This document shows, piece after piece, positions 47,882-57,983 of a stretch of DNA of 64,000 nt. The stretch is from positions 16,516 through 80,515 of the forward strand of contig JAISFO010000023.1 of assembly GCA_031263535.1 (NCBI GenBank), given 5' to 3'. The translations under genes and the position numbers were made by a program. Numbering within the stretch: the first letter of the stretch is position 1; every line of letters starts with the position of its first letter. Below the pieces are notes generated by a model. It searched no databases and was not told the origin of the DNA. It was given only the letters and a program-made list of their open reading frames with translations. The DNA is from Holosporales bacterium (GTDB lineage: Bacteria > Pseudomonadota > Alphaproteobacteria > UBA3830 > JAIRWN01).

Positions 47882-48373
47882 ATGAAATACACTGGAGTAA
47901 GTTTATTATTGGCGGCGTCGTTGTTAATGGGATGTCAGTCTAATCGTGAAGGTGAAAACGCTGGTATAGGCGGGGGACCTTCTGCCGCTGGGTTTACAAA
48001 GGGGGCTGCTGGCAGTTTTGTTGCCACAGCTGGCGATAGAGTATTTTTTGAGTTTGACAGCTCAGCTTTAACCCATGGATCGCAGGCCACCTTGATTCGT
48101 CAAGTTGAGTGGTTGCTGCAGCATAAAAGGATTGGGCGTGTTGTCATTGAAGGGCGCTGCGACGAGCGTGGAACAAGGGAGTATAACCTCGGCTTGGGTG
48201 AACGTCGCGCTAATGCGGTCAGGAATTTTCTTGTCGCGCATGGAGTCCCGGCTAATCTGATTACTGTCATCTCCTACGGTAAAGATAAGCCGATCGAGGT
48301 TAGAGGTGCTGGTTCTGATTCTAAGGAAGAGTTCTGGCGTCAAAACCGTGTTTCTATCACTGCAATAGAGTAG
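47882..48373 (+). CDS. pal: peptidoglycan-associated lipoprotein (OmpA family)
   Basis: Lipobox LLMGCQS. OmpA-like domain FEFDSSAL...IEGRCDERGTREYNLGLGERRANAV. Confidence 0.85.
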   Translation: MKYTGVSLLLAASLLMGCQSNREGENAGIGGGPSAAGFTKGAAGSFVATAGDRVFFEFDSSALTHGSQATLIRQVEWLLQHKRIGRVVIEGRCDERGTREYNLGLGERRANAVRNFLVAHGVPANLITVISYGKDKPIEVRGAGSDSKEEFWRQNRVSITAIE

Positions 48374-48412
48374 TGATTTTTTCTTTCTCATTTTTTTCTC
48401 CTTATTTAATTA

Positions 48413-48442
48413 CCTCCGTGCTTGTCACGGAGGTCTTTTTTT
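48413..48442 (+). terminator. rho-independent terminator of pal
   Basis: cctccgtg / cacggagg forms an 8-bp stem with a 5-nt loop, followed by tcttttttt. Confidence 0.7.
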
Positions 48443-48910
48443 ATGTGTTAATGCAAACTTTATGTGCTGATGCAAATTTTTACTACGCCTAATCAGCATA
48501 GCTCTCTTAGATAAGTCCCTGTAGTCGTCATTAAACCTTCTAAGCATCTAAAGATCATAAATTGTACGCGAATTTATTCAGGTTAAGCTGGCACAGATTT
48601 TTACCAAAATTTCTAGTTTTTTTCTTTATAGTCAGAAAACGTGCGCGCCTCAACTAAATCAACGCCAAGTGACGCCATACCTGAACGTAATCACACAAGG
48701 TCCTCTGCCGGCTCTACAACGGGGGAGGGGCTTTTTATTTGATCTAAAACCCGACGCAAAGTGCGTGGTTTCCTAGATCAAATATCCTCAGATACTATTA
48801 TCAAATGCAAATTGTGCAATTCAACTTTGCCACTAATCCTCCGAGCCTTACTACCAAGCCAGTTTCTAGGCCGATTCCATCAATAATTTTAAAATAAGCA
48901 AAAAAATAGA

Positions 48911-48940
48911 TTGACAAAAGTATAATATTATGTCATATAT
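48911..48940 (+). promoter_or_regulatory. candidate promoter of the first BspA-type LRR gene
   Basis: TTGACA at 48911-48916 with an A/T-rich -10 candidate 17-18 nt downstream. The same module (aaaataagcaaaaaaata.atttgacaaaag.ataat) recurs at 49835-49870, before the second LRR gene. Confidence 0.4.
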
Positions 48941-48971
48941 GCGTTCATTAGATTCTTAATCGGGAGAAATT

Positions 48972-49592
48972 ATGAAAAAGATTATAATAACATCAGTGGT
49001 AGCATTGCTTATCCCTGAAATCGCAAATTGTATGCGAAGAACTGATTCTTACAAAGAATGCAGAGTTGACAATACGTTGCTTGAAAACTGTATGCGATTT
49101 ACCTTAGACGGAGCTGATTATTACCAAAAAGGCAAAGTTGTTAAGGTTACCGCTTCCTTTTACCCCAGTAGGATTCTTACAAGAGATCGAATTTGTATAG
49201 GTGGAGAGGTCTATGGAGTATTATATGCGCTAGCAAAAAATGGTCGTAATACAGCAAGTTCTGGATCCGTATACTTTCCGTCTAGTATAGAGACGATCGG
49301 CATTGAATGTTTTCGCAATGCTCTTCGAGATGCGTTGTCATTCATAATCTTTGAGCAAAACTCACATCTGAAAAAGATCGGATATGATGCCTTTTCTGGG
49401 TGTGCTTCTCTGGTATCTATATGCATTCCGTTCAGTTTAGAAACTATAGGAGAAAAGTGTTTTTTAAACTGCCGCAGTCTAAGCAGCGTAACGTTTGAAT
49501 CAGGCTCTCGATTGGCAGATATCGGAAAAGACGCCATTCCTGCAGAAACCGTAGTTAACGGGTGTCCTTTTCCTATACCAGGAAGGGAATAA
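48972..49592 (+). CDS. BspA-type leucine-rich repeat protein, exported
   Basis: 206 aa with leader MKKIIITSVVALLIPEIANC. Repeats of the type SICIP.S.E.IG..CF..C.SLS...FESGS.L..IG..AF. Confidence 0.8.
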   Translation: MKKIIITSVVALLIPEIANCMRRTDSYKECRVDNTLLENCMRFTLDGADYYQKGKVVKVTASFYPSRILTRDRICIGGEVYGVLYALAKNGRNTASSGSVYFPSSIETIGIECFRNALRDALSFIIFEQNSHLKKIGYDAFSGCASLVSICIPFSLETIGEKCFLNCRSLSSVTFESGSRLADIGKDAIPAETVVNGCPFPIPGRE

Positions 49593-49658
49593 ACGCAAGC
49601 AGTTTGGCATCAGTTTATAAACAAAGCTGACCCAGCATCCATTGCATGTAATTACCAA

Positions 49659-49696
49659 GCCCCCGCCGTTCTATGGCCGGGGAGGGACTTTTTTCA
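49659..49696 (+). terminator. GC-rich imperfect hairpin plus T6 after the first LRR gene
   Basis: gcccccgccg ttctat ggccggggaggg followed by acttttttc. Confidence 0.45.
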
Positions 49697-49918
49697 GGCT
49701 GGCCGATGCAGATCGTGCGATTTACTACATAAAATATTCTCAAATACTATTATCAAGTGCAGATCGAGATTTTGTATCAAACCTTGCCGAGCCCCATTGC
49801 CAAGCCAAATTTCATGTAGATTTCAACAACAATCTTAAAATAAGCAAAAAAATAATTTGACAAAAGCATAATTTTGCATTATGTGTATAGCTAGTTAACC
49901 AATCGTTAAGGAGAAATT

Positions 49919-50908
49919 ATGAAAAAGATTGCAATGATAGCATCGGCAATTACGCTGCTTGTCCCTGAAATTGCAAGTTGTGGGCGAGTTGCAAATCCTG
50001 GGTATATTATAGATAGAACTTCTTACCAAGAGGATGGAAGCGGAGGTGTTAGCGCCAGATCGGCAGCTACAGGTCCCACTTGGCTCCTTAGAAATATCAT
50101 TAGTATAGGTGGGGAAGTTTGTGAGGTGCGTACATTAAATGGCTTTAATACGTTTGATGGTGGTGGTAGGCATAGCTTGCGATCCATATGCATTTCAGCA
50201 AGTATAAAAACGATCAGCGAAAAATGTCTTGAGCTTTGCGACAGTCTAACCGTAACGTTTGAATCAGGCTCTCGACTGGAAACGATCGAAGAATTCGCCT
50301 TTCGCTATTCTTATCTGGCTTCTATATGCATTCCATCCAGTGTAGAGATGCTTGGCAGTGCGAGTTTTGTTGGATGCCAAAGTTTAAGCAGCTTGATGTT
50401 TGGATCGGGCTCAAAACTGAAAACAATATCAGGCTTCGCCTTCAATAGATGTTCTTCTCTGGCATCTATATGCATTCCGTCCAGCGTAGAGAGGCTTGGC
50501 AACGTAAGTTTTGTGGAATGCCGCAGCCTAAGCAGATTAACGTTTGGATCAGGCTCTCGAATAAGAACGATCGAAGAAGGGGCCTTTTCCGGATGTTCTT
50601 CTCTGGCATCTATATGCCTTCCGTCTAGCTTAGAAAGGGTCGAGGGAAAGTGTTTTAAAGATTGTACCAGTCTAATCATCGTAGAGTTTAAGCCTAACTC
50701 TCAACTGAAAACGATAGGAAGCTTTGCCTTTAGCGGTTGCTCTTCTTTGGCATCTATATGGCTTCCATCCAGTGTAGAAAGGATCGAGGAGGGATGTTTT
50801 GAAGGATGCGGCAGTCTAAGCATCGTAGAGTTTGAGCCTGGCTCTCAACCGATAACGATTGAAGAAGGCGCTATTCCTGAAAGCGTTGAGACTGTGGGTT
50901 TAGATTAA
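49919..50908 (+). CDS. BspA-type leucine-rich repeat protein, exported
   Basis: 329 aa with leader MKKIAMIASAITLLVPEIASC and five 46-48-aa double LRR units (SICIPSSVE.LG..SF..C.SLS.L.FGSGS.L.TI...AF..CSSLA). Confidence 0.85.
   Translation: MKKIAMIASAITLLVPEIASCGRVANPGYIIDRTSYQEDGSGGVSARSAATGPTWLLRNIISIGGEVCEVRTLNGFNTFDGGGRHSLRSICISASIKTISEKCLELCDSLTVTFESGSRLETIEEFAFRYSYLASICIPSSVEMLGSASFVGCQSLSSLMFGSGSKLKTISGFAFNRCSSLASICIPSSVERLGNVSFVECRSLSRLTFGSGSRIRTIEEGAFSGCSSLASICLPSSLERVEGKCFKDCTSLIIVEFKPNSQLKTIGSFAFSGCSSLASIWLPSSVERIEEGCFEGCGSLSIVEFEPGSQPITIEEGAIPESVETVGLD
50183..50896 (+). repeat. tandem coding repeats, five units of 138-144 bp, inside the second LRR gene
   Basis: Units start at 50183, 50321, 50465, 50609 and 50753, each beginning tc(c/t)atatg(c/g)(a/c)tt. 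Confidence 0.85.
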
Positions 50909-50988
50909 ATAATATATAAACCCACGCTGGCTGGCGTCAGTTTATAAACAAGGCTGTCGCTATATCTGAACGTGATCACACAAGATTT

Positions 50989-51021
50989 CCCGTTGCCTCT
51001 GCAGCGGGGGTCTTTTTATTT
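50989..51021 (+). terminator. rho-independent terminator of the second LRR gene
   Basis: cccgttgc / gcagcggg forms an 8-bp stem (one G-U pair) with loop ctct, followed by ggtctttttattt. Confidence 0.6.
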
Positions 51022-51113
51022 AAGTTAAGCTGACGCAAATTTCGCAAGCTATACTATTCCGATACACAGACGCGTTCTTGTGCACTTTGGAAAATAAGTA
51101 GGCGGCGCAGGTC

Positions 51114-52487
51114 TTACTCAAACCCCCAATCTGTCGTACCATCTGGATTGTCTTTGACTGTAATGCCGAAGCGTTCTTTTAGTACGTCTCTGAGCTCGTC
51201 GGACTTGTGGAACTGCTTTTGAGCGCGTACTTTGGTCCGCTTATTGATTAGATCGTTGATTTCTTTCAACTGATCTTCGGTTATTTGACTCGCGCGCTTA
51301 GTACCTGCAGTGAACCCCAGCAACTGCATTGCTGCACTCAAGCGTTGTGTCAACCCGGACTTCTCTTCCGAATTACCACCTTGCCCGATTTGCTTAGCAA
51401 GCCCCACCATCAGCGTAAGCGCCTTTGAGGTGTTCAGGTCATCGCATAATGCCAGTACAATCGGGTCGCAGTTATCAAGCTTTGGGTTGTCACACATACC
51501 ATCCAAGCCGTCTACAGCGTTTACTAGACGATCAAAGGTGGCTTGCGCTTGTGCCAGCCCGCTGTCAGTCCAATCGAGTGTTTTTGAGTAGTGCGTAGAC
51601 AGTATGAAATACTTCAGCACATTGCCGCTGTATTTCTTCAAAGCTGAACTGACTGTGACGATATTGCCAAGAGATTTGGACATCTTCTTTCCGTCAACAA
51701 GCAGCATGCCATTATGTACCCAGTACTTTGCCATGCAAGGCTTGCCCGAGGCGCACCGAGACTGCGCCATCTCGTTCTCATGATGCGGAAATATCAGGTC
51801 CTGACCGCCGCCATGAATATCAAAGGTATCCGATAAGTATTTGGCGCTCATGGCAGAGCATTCTATGTGCCATCCTGGTCGGCCATACCCCCAGGGACTG
51901 TCGAAACCGGGATCATCGCCAACAGACGGCTTCCACAACACAAAATCAAGCGGAGATTCCTTAAAAGGTGCGACTTCAACTCGAGCGCCTGCAATCATCT
52001 CGCCTGTATTTCTGTTTGACAATTTGCCATAAAGCGGATCACTTGAAACACGAAAAAGCACGTGACTTTCGGCCAGATATGCATGGCCCTTTTCCATTAG
52101 CTTTTTTATTATACCGATCATATCGGGTATGTGATCAGTTGCCCGCGGTTCATAAGTTGGCGATAAAAGACCAAGGCAAGCCATAGTGTTTTGGTAATTC
52201 TTTAACGTCTCATCAGTCAGTTGCCTGATAGAAATGCCCATCTCTCTGGCGCGGTTGTTAATTTTGTCGTCGATATCCGTAATGTTTCTTGCATATGTGA
52301 CCTTAGGATAAAGGTGACGCAGGAGACGAAACAGCACGTCAAAAACAACCGCTGGGCGCGCATTGCCTACATGCGGTAAGTCATAGACAGTCGGCCCGCA
52401 GATATACATACGCACATGATCAGGGTCAAGTGGGGCAAAGACCTCTGTCTTGTTGCTTAAAGTATTATGTATGGTTAGCTTGCTCAT
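51114..52487 (-). CDS. cysS: cysteine--tRNA ligase
   Basis: 457 aa; HVGNARPAV (HIGH-type) and KMSKSLGN. Confidence 0.95.
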   Translation of the reverse strand: MSKLTIHNTLSNKTEVFAPLDPDHVRMYICGPTVYDLPHVGNARPAVVFDVLFRLLRHLYPKVTYARNITDIDDKINNRAREMGISIRQLTDETLKNYQNTMACLGLLSPTYEPRATDHIPDMIGIIKKLMEKGHAYLAESHVLFRVSSDPLYGKLSNRNTGEMIAGARVEVAPFKESPLDFVLWKPSVGDDPGFDSPWGYGRPGWHIECSAMSAKYLSDTFDIHGGGQDLIFPHHENEMAQSRCASGKPCMAKYWVHNGMLLVDGKKMSKSLGNIVTVSSALKKYSGNVLKYFILSTHYSKTLDWTDSGLAQAQATFDRLVNAVDGLDGMCDNPKLDNCDPIVLALCDDLNTSKALTLMVGLAKQIGQGGNSEEKSGLTQRLSAAMQLLGFTAGTKRASQITEDQLKEINDLINKRTKVRAQKQFHKSDELRDVLKERFGITVKDNPDGTTDWGFE

Positions 52488-53845
52488 TTCGCGCCAGCCT
52501 GCAGTCGGGATTTTACTAAATCCAATGACATTAGCTTTAACATGGATTTAAGCTCAGGCCCATGTTCCTGACCGGTCAAGCATAAACGTATCGGCGTATA
52601 TAGCTCGCGCCCAGATCTTTGCGCTTGCGACTTTATGTCGGCAAACCACCGCCCCCAATCTGCTTGATAAGCAGGGGCGTTTTCCATAAGCAAATCTAAG
52701 GCTGTTTTTAGTAGGCTTTTGTCGGCCGAGGACATCCCGGCTGGTTTAGCAATGTCGCCATATATAACGTCCCACCACGCTTTGGCCTCTTTAATCAGGT
52801 CTATGTTACCGCGAATTAGTAACCAAAAATCTTCGCTGCAGCTGTCCAATCCAACAGACCTAAGTCGTAATTTTGCGTCTTTATAAGGCATGTCAGACAG
52901 AAGGCTGTGGTTAAGCTTGTATACTTCTTTATCGTCAAATTTCGGCTCAGCTTTACTGATTTTTGATATATCAAACTCTTTAATTAGCTCACTCATTGAA
53001 TGGCGAATTTCTATGGGATCAGAGGTCCCGAGCTTGGCCAACAGGCTGTTTACCGCCATAGGCTCAATTCCTTCTTCTCGCCAGGTATTTATGCTAAGCA
53101 CAGAAAGACGCTTGGAAAGCTCTTTGCCCCCTATATCGCGCAGCAAGGGATAATGACCAAACTTAATCGCAGATGTGTCTCCGCCAAGCGCTTTATAAAG
53201 ATGCAGCTGTGACGCGGTGTTGGCTATATGGTCTGCGCCACGGATTATGTGGGTGATTTTGCTGTTTATATCATCGACAACCGACGCAAAAATATAGACA
53301 AAACTGCCGTCAGACTTGACTATAATCGGGTCGCTGGTATTACCGGGTGAAAACTCGATATGACCATATATCATATCATCCCAGGACACGACAGCATCCG
53401 CCAGCTTGAATCGCCAATGAGGCTTGATTCCACCCTGCTCAAGCTCTTTTTTCTTCGCGTCGCTTAGCTTAAGGGCAGATCTGTCGTATATCGGCGGCCT
53501 GCCGTTAGAAAGCTGAATCTTGCGTTTGAGGTCTAGCTCTTCTTTGGATTCATAGCATGGATATACCAGGCCTAGCTCCTTAAGACGCCCAAAAGCATTG
53601 TTATAGGCGTCTATCCTGGATGACTGGCAAAATGTCTCGTCCCAGCAAATCCCAAGCCAAACAAGGTCATTCTTTATTGCGCTGGCATACTCGTCGCGTG
53701 ATCTTTCTCGGTCGGTGTCGTCTATGCGAAGGATGAACTTTCCGTTATGGCTTTTGACGAACAAATAGTTCAGCAACGCCGCACGAATGTTCCCTACATG
53801 CAACATGCCGGTTGGGCTGGGGGCAAAACGGACTGTATAACTCAT
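52484..53845 (-). CDS. gltX: glutamate--tRNA ligase
   Basis: 453 aa; FAPSPTGMLHVGNIRAAL and KELSKR (KMSKS-type). 4-nt overlap with cysS. Confidence 0.95.
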   Translation of the reverse strand: MSYTVRFAPSPTGMLHVGNIRAALLNYLFVKSHNGKFILRIDDTDRERSRDEYASAIKNDLVWLGICWDETFCQSSRIDAYNNAFGRLKELGLVYPCYESKEELDLKRKIQLSNGRPPIYDRSALKLSDAKKKELEQGGIKPHWRFKLADAVVSWDDMIYGHIEFSPGNTSDPIIVKSDGSFVYIFASVVDDINSKITHIIRGADHIANTASQLHLYKALGGDTSAIKFGHYPLLRDIGGKELSKRLSVLSINTWREEGIEPMAVNSLLAKLGTSDPIEIRHSMSELIKEFDISKISKAEPKFDDKEVYKLNHSLLSDMPYKDAKLRLRSVGLDSCSEDFWLLIRGNIDLIKEAKAWWDVIYGDIAKPAGMSSADKSLLKTALDLLMENAPAYQADWGRWFADIKSQAQRSGRELYTPIRLCLTGQEHGPELKSMLKLMSLDLVKSRLQAGAK

Positions 53846-53931
53846 GCGTTAAAGCCTGAACTCAAGCCAACTTTATACCTAAATGAGGTCTATTTTAAAA
53901 TTGTTTCATAAACAAACTGTGACTATGCTGC

Positions 53932-55053
53932 ATGGTCAGATGCATAAGGTGGCTCTTGGTGCGGATAGTTTTTGTTATCTCATCGCTTGGATCAGGAGGT
54001 GCGGAGAGGGTCCTTTCAGGGCTGGCCAACCATTTTGTAACGAAAAACAACGAAGTGTCGATTGTAACTTTCTCTCCCGCAGGGACGGTTCCTTTTTATC
54101 CGCTCGACCCAAACATAAACCTAATACAGCTGGATCAACTTAGGGAAGACACTTTTTGCCTAAAGCGTTTAAAGAATATCGCTAAACGCACATTTTGCCT
54201 AAGAAAAGCGCTAAAAGCCTTGGCCCCAGACCTGGTGATTTCTTTTGTAGAAGTTACAAATATCACCACTTTAATTGCTAGCATAGGTCTTAAGGTACCA
54301 GTCGTTGTGTCCGAGCGCATTTTCCCTGGCGATCATCATATTCCCAGAATCTATCAATGGTTACGTACACTATTTTATCCAAGAGCTTCCAAAGTTGTGG
54401 TTCAAACGGAATCTGCTAAAAACTATTTTTACTATCTTAATAATGTAAGCGTAATACCAAACGCAGTACTAATTCCTAACTTCACAAAAAAACACGTATC
54501 TTCAGCAGTATGTAGCATAATATCAGTTGGGCGATTATGTAGCCCTCAGAAAGACTTTGAAACTTTGGTTAAGGCATTTAGCAGACTGGTCACCAAATAT
54601 CCTGGGATCCACTTAACCATCTATGGTGATGGAGATGATAGGGTTAACCTTGAGAATCTTATAACTTCCCTAGATCTTCAAGATAAGGTTTTCTTGCCTG
54701 GCGTTACTTCCGATGTGTATGGCGTTCTGCAAAAAGCAGATATGTTTGTTTTTCCATCGCGCTACGAAGGCTTTCCCAACGCTTTGTGTGAGGCTATGGC
54801 GGTCGGCCTTCCGGTTATTGCATCTAATTGCTCAGGCAATATCGACGTTGTGAGGGATAAAATCGACGGTCGACTGTTTACAGTAGGAAACGTAGATGCT
54901 TTAACCAGCCTAATGATTGAATTAATTGAGGACCGCGAACAAAGACAGCGCCTGTCCGGCAACGCAAAACAAATAGTGACCAGGTTTAATTCAGACGAGA
55001 TATTCGCAATGTGGGATCAGGTAATTAATGAGGCCGCAAACCTTTGTAATTAA
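53932..55053 (+). CDS. glycosyltransferase family 4
   Basis: 373 aa; N-terminal SSLGSGGAERV and a C-terminal EX7E-type region FPSRYEGFPNALCEAMAVGLPVIAS. Confidence 0.85.
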   Translation: MVRCIRWLLVRIVFVISSLGSGGAERVLSGLANHFVTKNNEVSIVTFSPAGTVPFYPLDPNINLIQLDQLREDTFCLKRLKNIAKRTFCLRKALKALAPDLVISFVEVTNITTLIASIGLKVPVVVSERIFPGDHHIPRIYQWLRTLFYPRASKVVVQTESAKNYFYYLNNVSVIPNAVLIPNFTKKHVSSAVCSIISVGRLCSPQKDFETLVKAFSRLVTKYPGIHLTIYGDGDDRVNLENLITSLDLQDKVFLPGVTSDVYGVLQKADMFVFPSRYEGFPNALCEAMAVGLPVIASNCSGNIDVVRDKIDGRLFTVGNVDALTSLMIELIEDREQRQRLSGNAKQIVTRFNSDEIFAMWDQVINEAANLCN

Positions 55054-56091
55054 CAGAGCACTTTATATACTTGGCCGCAGGGTTCCAAAAGCACCAATCG
55101 TTTACCCCTGCATCAACTGCAGCCTGCATTTGTTGATCAATTTGTTTATTGTTGTATTTTTGGTATGAATGAACATGCAACCAACTTGCAGTAAATGCCT
55201 GCAGCCAAGGGCGTATAATCGCTTTTGATTTATTGTCTTGTTGCTTAACCTCAATCGCCTTTTGTAAAACTCTATATATTACCTGATACGGTTCTAGGTC
55301 TGGGCGATCTATTCCCATTAAACCATCTCGATAATGAGACGGATAGATCATCGGACATATGATATCCACCTTTTCCGATATAAGCTTATAATTTTGGCCA
55401 GTTCTCGCCGCAGCCTTAATGGTATCCTCACCCAATGTGTCTGGAATAACACACCCAAATACATCTACTGAAACTTTAACCTTTAGAGGCCCTAACTGCT
55501 GCATTACGAAATCAAAGAATTGACCGATTATTTCTGTTTTTGAGGTTGTTTGCGCTAGCTTGCCATAGTCGGCATATTTATCGTTGTACGCAGAAAAACG
55601 TACATAATCAAACTGCACTTCCAGAAAACCAGCTCTTGCTGCCATCTTTGCTATATCTACCAAATACAGCCAATTTTCTTTTTCATAAGGGTTTAGCCAG
55701 ACCATACCTTCCTTATCCTGCAGGATCTTACCGCTCTCTTTATTACGAACCGCAAGGCGTGGTATCAATCTAGCGTGGAAGGATCCATGAAAGAAACTAT
55801 ACGGGCGATTGGATATATCCCATGCTGTTTTAAAAGCCTAACCATCGCTTTAGTTTTGTCGTTGCATATAACTTGGCCGAGTTCATTTTTAACATTGATA
55901 ACAACTGCATTAGCCGATACCTTTTTGGCAGTCGCGATCACTGAATAAGCATTATGTGCTGAACCAACGTATATCCCGCGAATTGGCTCGCTTACCGGTT
56001 TTCTGTTAGCTTGACCATCTTTAGGCACACAGCAAGAAGTCAATACGGCCGAGATGATCAGTATAAAGCGGTACTTTATCATGCCATACAT
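55025..56091 (-). pseudogene. DUF4015-type putative glycoside hydrolase lipoprotein, split by a frameshift near 55765-55775
   Basis: ORF 55765..56091 (lipobox LTSC; ...IYPIARIVSFMDPSTLD*) and ORF 55025..55768 (IPRLAVRNKESGKIL..GMVWLNPYEKENW...GFLEVQFDYVRFS) are consecutive parts of one family architecture, in frames offset by one nucleotide. Confidence 0.65.
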
Positions 56092-56171
56092 TCTAACATA
56101 ACGTGTATATACACACTAAGACGGTGATGTGATATTGTCGATTCTAAATAGTGATCTAAGCGCTGAAGCTA

Positions 56172-57905
56172 GTGCCCAGCAAATTTAACCAAGTCAGGAA
56201 CTTTCTGTCAGAGGCTGGTGTTGATGCGGTCATCTTGCGTCATGGGGACGAGTATTTCAGCGAAGAGGTTCCTCCGCACTATCAGGTATTTAGCTGGCTA
56301 ACCGGATTGGATGTTTCTTACGGCTATATCGTGGTTTCGCAGAAAATCGCCGCGCTGTTCGTTGATGGACGATACATTTTAGCTGCTCAAGAACTGTTAG
56401 GTAACAGCATTTGGACCGTTCATAATATAAAAAAAGTTTCTCCATTCGCTTGGATAGCAGCTAATTTGATCGGCAAGATAGCCTTAGACCCCAAGCTTCA
56501 TTCGATAAATGAAGTTGAAAACCTAATACAGTCCGTCGGCGAAAAGAGAAAGATAGAGCTGATTGACAATTTAGTTGATCATTTTTGGAAAGACCGCCCA
56601 CCACTGGAAACAAGTCAAATCTGTGAGCATCCACTTGAATATGCTGGCGAAAGCTCAAAGTCAAAGCTTTCGCGAATCGCGGAGCACCTGAATCAACAGC
56701 ATTGTGAAGCCATTTTCATATCAAACCCTTGCGATGTGGCTTGGGTTATGAACATAAGGGGGCGCGACCTTAAGCACACGCCTGTGGCTTTTGCCAGAAT
56801 GGTTGTATTTAATGACGGTTCTTACAAAATATATACCGACGCGTCTTCTTCTGACTTAAAAACGTATCCCTCCGCTCAAATTTTGGCCGACTTGAACAGC
56901 TTTAAAGGAAAGATACTAATCGACCCCAGCAATACTCCGTACTCTATAAAAGCTCAGCTAGGTTTTGCAGAAACGGTGTACAGGCCTTGCATAGTTCAAA
57001 GTTTCAAAAGCATAAAGAATGCGAATGAGCTTGATGGAGCGCGTAAAGCCAATATCTTGGATGGCGTAGCAATAACTTCGTTGTTGTTTTGGCTGCATCA
57101 GAAAATGGCTGACGGCGCTAATGTTTTTGAAAAAGACGTATCAGAGAAAATTGCCGAGCTGCGGGCCAAAAGCGACCTTTATGTCAGCGACAGCTTTTCT
57201 TGCATAGCTGCTTTTGGGAAAAACGCCGCAAACGTACACTATAAGACCGCTGGCCGTGGAGAAGGGCTATCTCGCACTGGCCTTTTTCTTCTCGATACAG
57301 GCGGGCAGTACCGATGCGGTACGACAGACATGACCAGAACCATGTGCTTTAATTGGCCCGCTGTAGAAGAGCAAGATGCCTATACCCGTGTGCTTAAGGG
57401 ACATATAGCCTTAGCCAGCGCTGTTTTCCCTGTGGGGACAACGGGATATCAGATTGATTGCCTGGCCAGGCAATATCTTTGGCAGGTGGGGCTGGATTAT
57501 GATCATGGCACAGGTCACGGCATAGGCAGTTTCCTGGGGGTGCATGAAGGCCCGCATAATTTCAGCCGAAAACCGTCAAGTGACAACGCTTTACAGGCGG
57601 ATACTCTTATTACAATCGAGCCGGGATACTACCTGAAAGACAGGTTCGGCATACGCATAGAAAACACTAATCAGATCGTGAAGCTTACGACCCAAGAAGA
57701 TGGCGGGGAATTTTTAACGTTTGCCACCCTAACCGCGGTGCCAATGGACTTTAAGCTGACTATGCCTCCTTTGCTTAATGAGCAAGAAAAGGTATGGCTT
57801 AGAAGCTACCACGAATGGGTTTTAAGGACGCTGACCCCACTTCTTGATGACACTGTCAAGTCATGGCTGATAGAGCAGACTAATCCCTATTTTAATGTTC
57901 TATAA
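56172..57905 (+). CDS. pepP: Xaa-Pro aminopeptidase (M24B, aminopeptidase P)
   Basis: 577 aa; metal-binding context HGTGHGIGSFLGVHEGP and EPGYY. GTG start. Confidence 0.88.
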   Translation: MPSKFNQVRNFLSEAGVDAVILRHGDEYFSEEVPPHYQVFSWLTGLDVSYGYIVVSQKIAALFVDGRYILAAQELLGNSIWTVHNIKKVSPFAWIAANLIGKIALDPKLHSINEVENLIQSVGEKRKIELIDNLVDHFWKDRPPLETSQICEHPLEYAGESSKSKLSRIAEHLNQQHCEAIFISNPCDVAWVMNIRGRDLKHTPVAFARMVVFNDGSYKIYTDASSSDLKTYPSAQILADLNSFKGKILIDPSNTPYSIKAQLGFAETVYRPCIVQSFKSIKNANELDGARKANILDGVAITSLLFWLHQKMADGANVFEKDVSEKIAELRAKSDLYVSDSFSCIAAFGKNAANVHYKTAGRGEGLSRTGLFLLDTGGQYRCGTTDMTRTMCFNWPAVEEQDAYTRVLKGHIALASAVFPVGTTGYQIDCLARQYLWQVGLDYDHGTGHGIGSFLGVHEGPHNFSRKPSSDNALQADTLITIEPGYYLKDRFGIRIENTNQIVKLTTQEDGGEFLTFATLTAVPMDFKLTMPPLLNEQEKVWLRSYHEWVLRTLTPLLDDTVKSWLIEQTNPYFNVL

Positions 57906-57983
57906 AACGACTCATATCGCTCGTTGATCTTATGGCTGATCGCAGGTATCATCTGGCCAACGTAGAATCTTTCTTCAAAACCT

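Noticed and set aside
48442-48481. Tandem 20-nt direct repeat (ttatgtgttaatgcaaact / ttatgtgctgatgcaaattt) after the pal terminator.
   Set aside because: There are only two short AT-rich copies and no further context. This is too weak to interpret.
50183-50896. CRISPR-like regular repeats.
   Set aside because: The 138-144-bp periodicity is in frame, translates into LRR units and has no unique spacers. No CRISPR array and no cas genes are present in the window.
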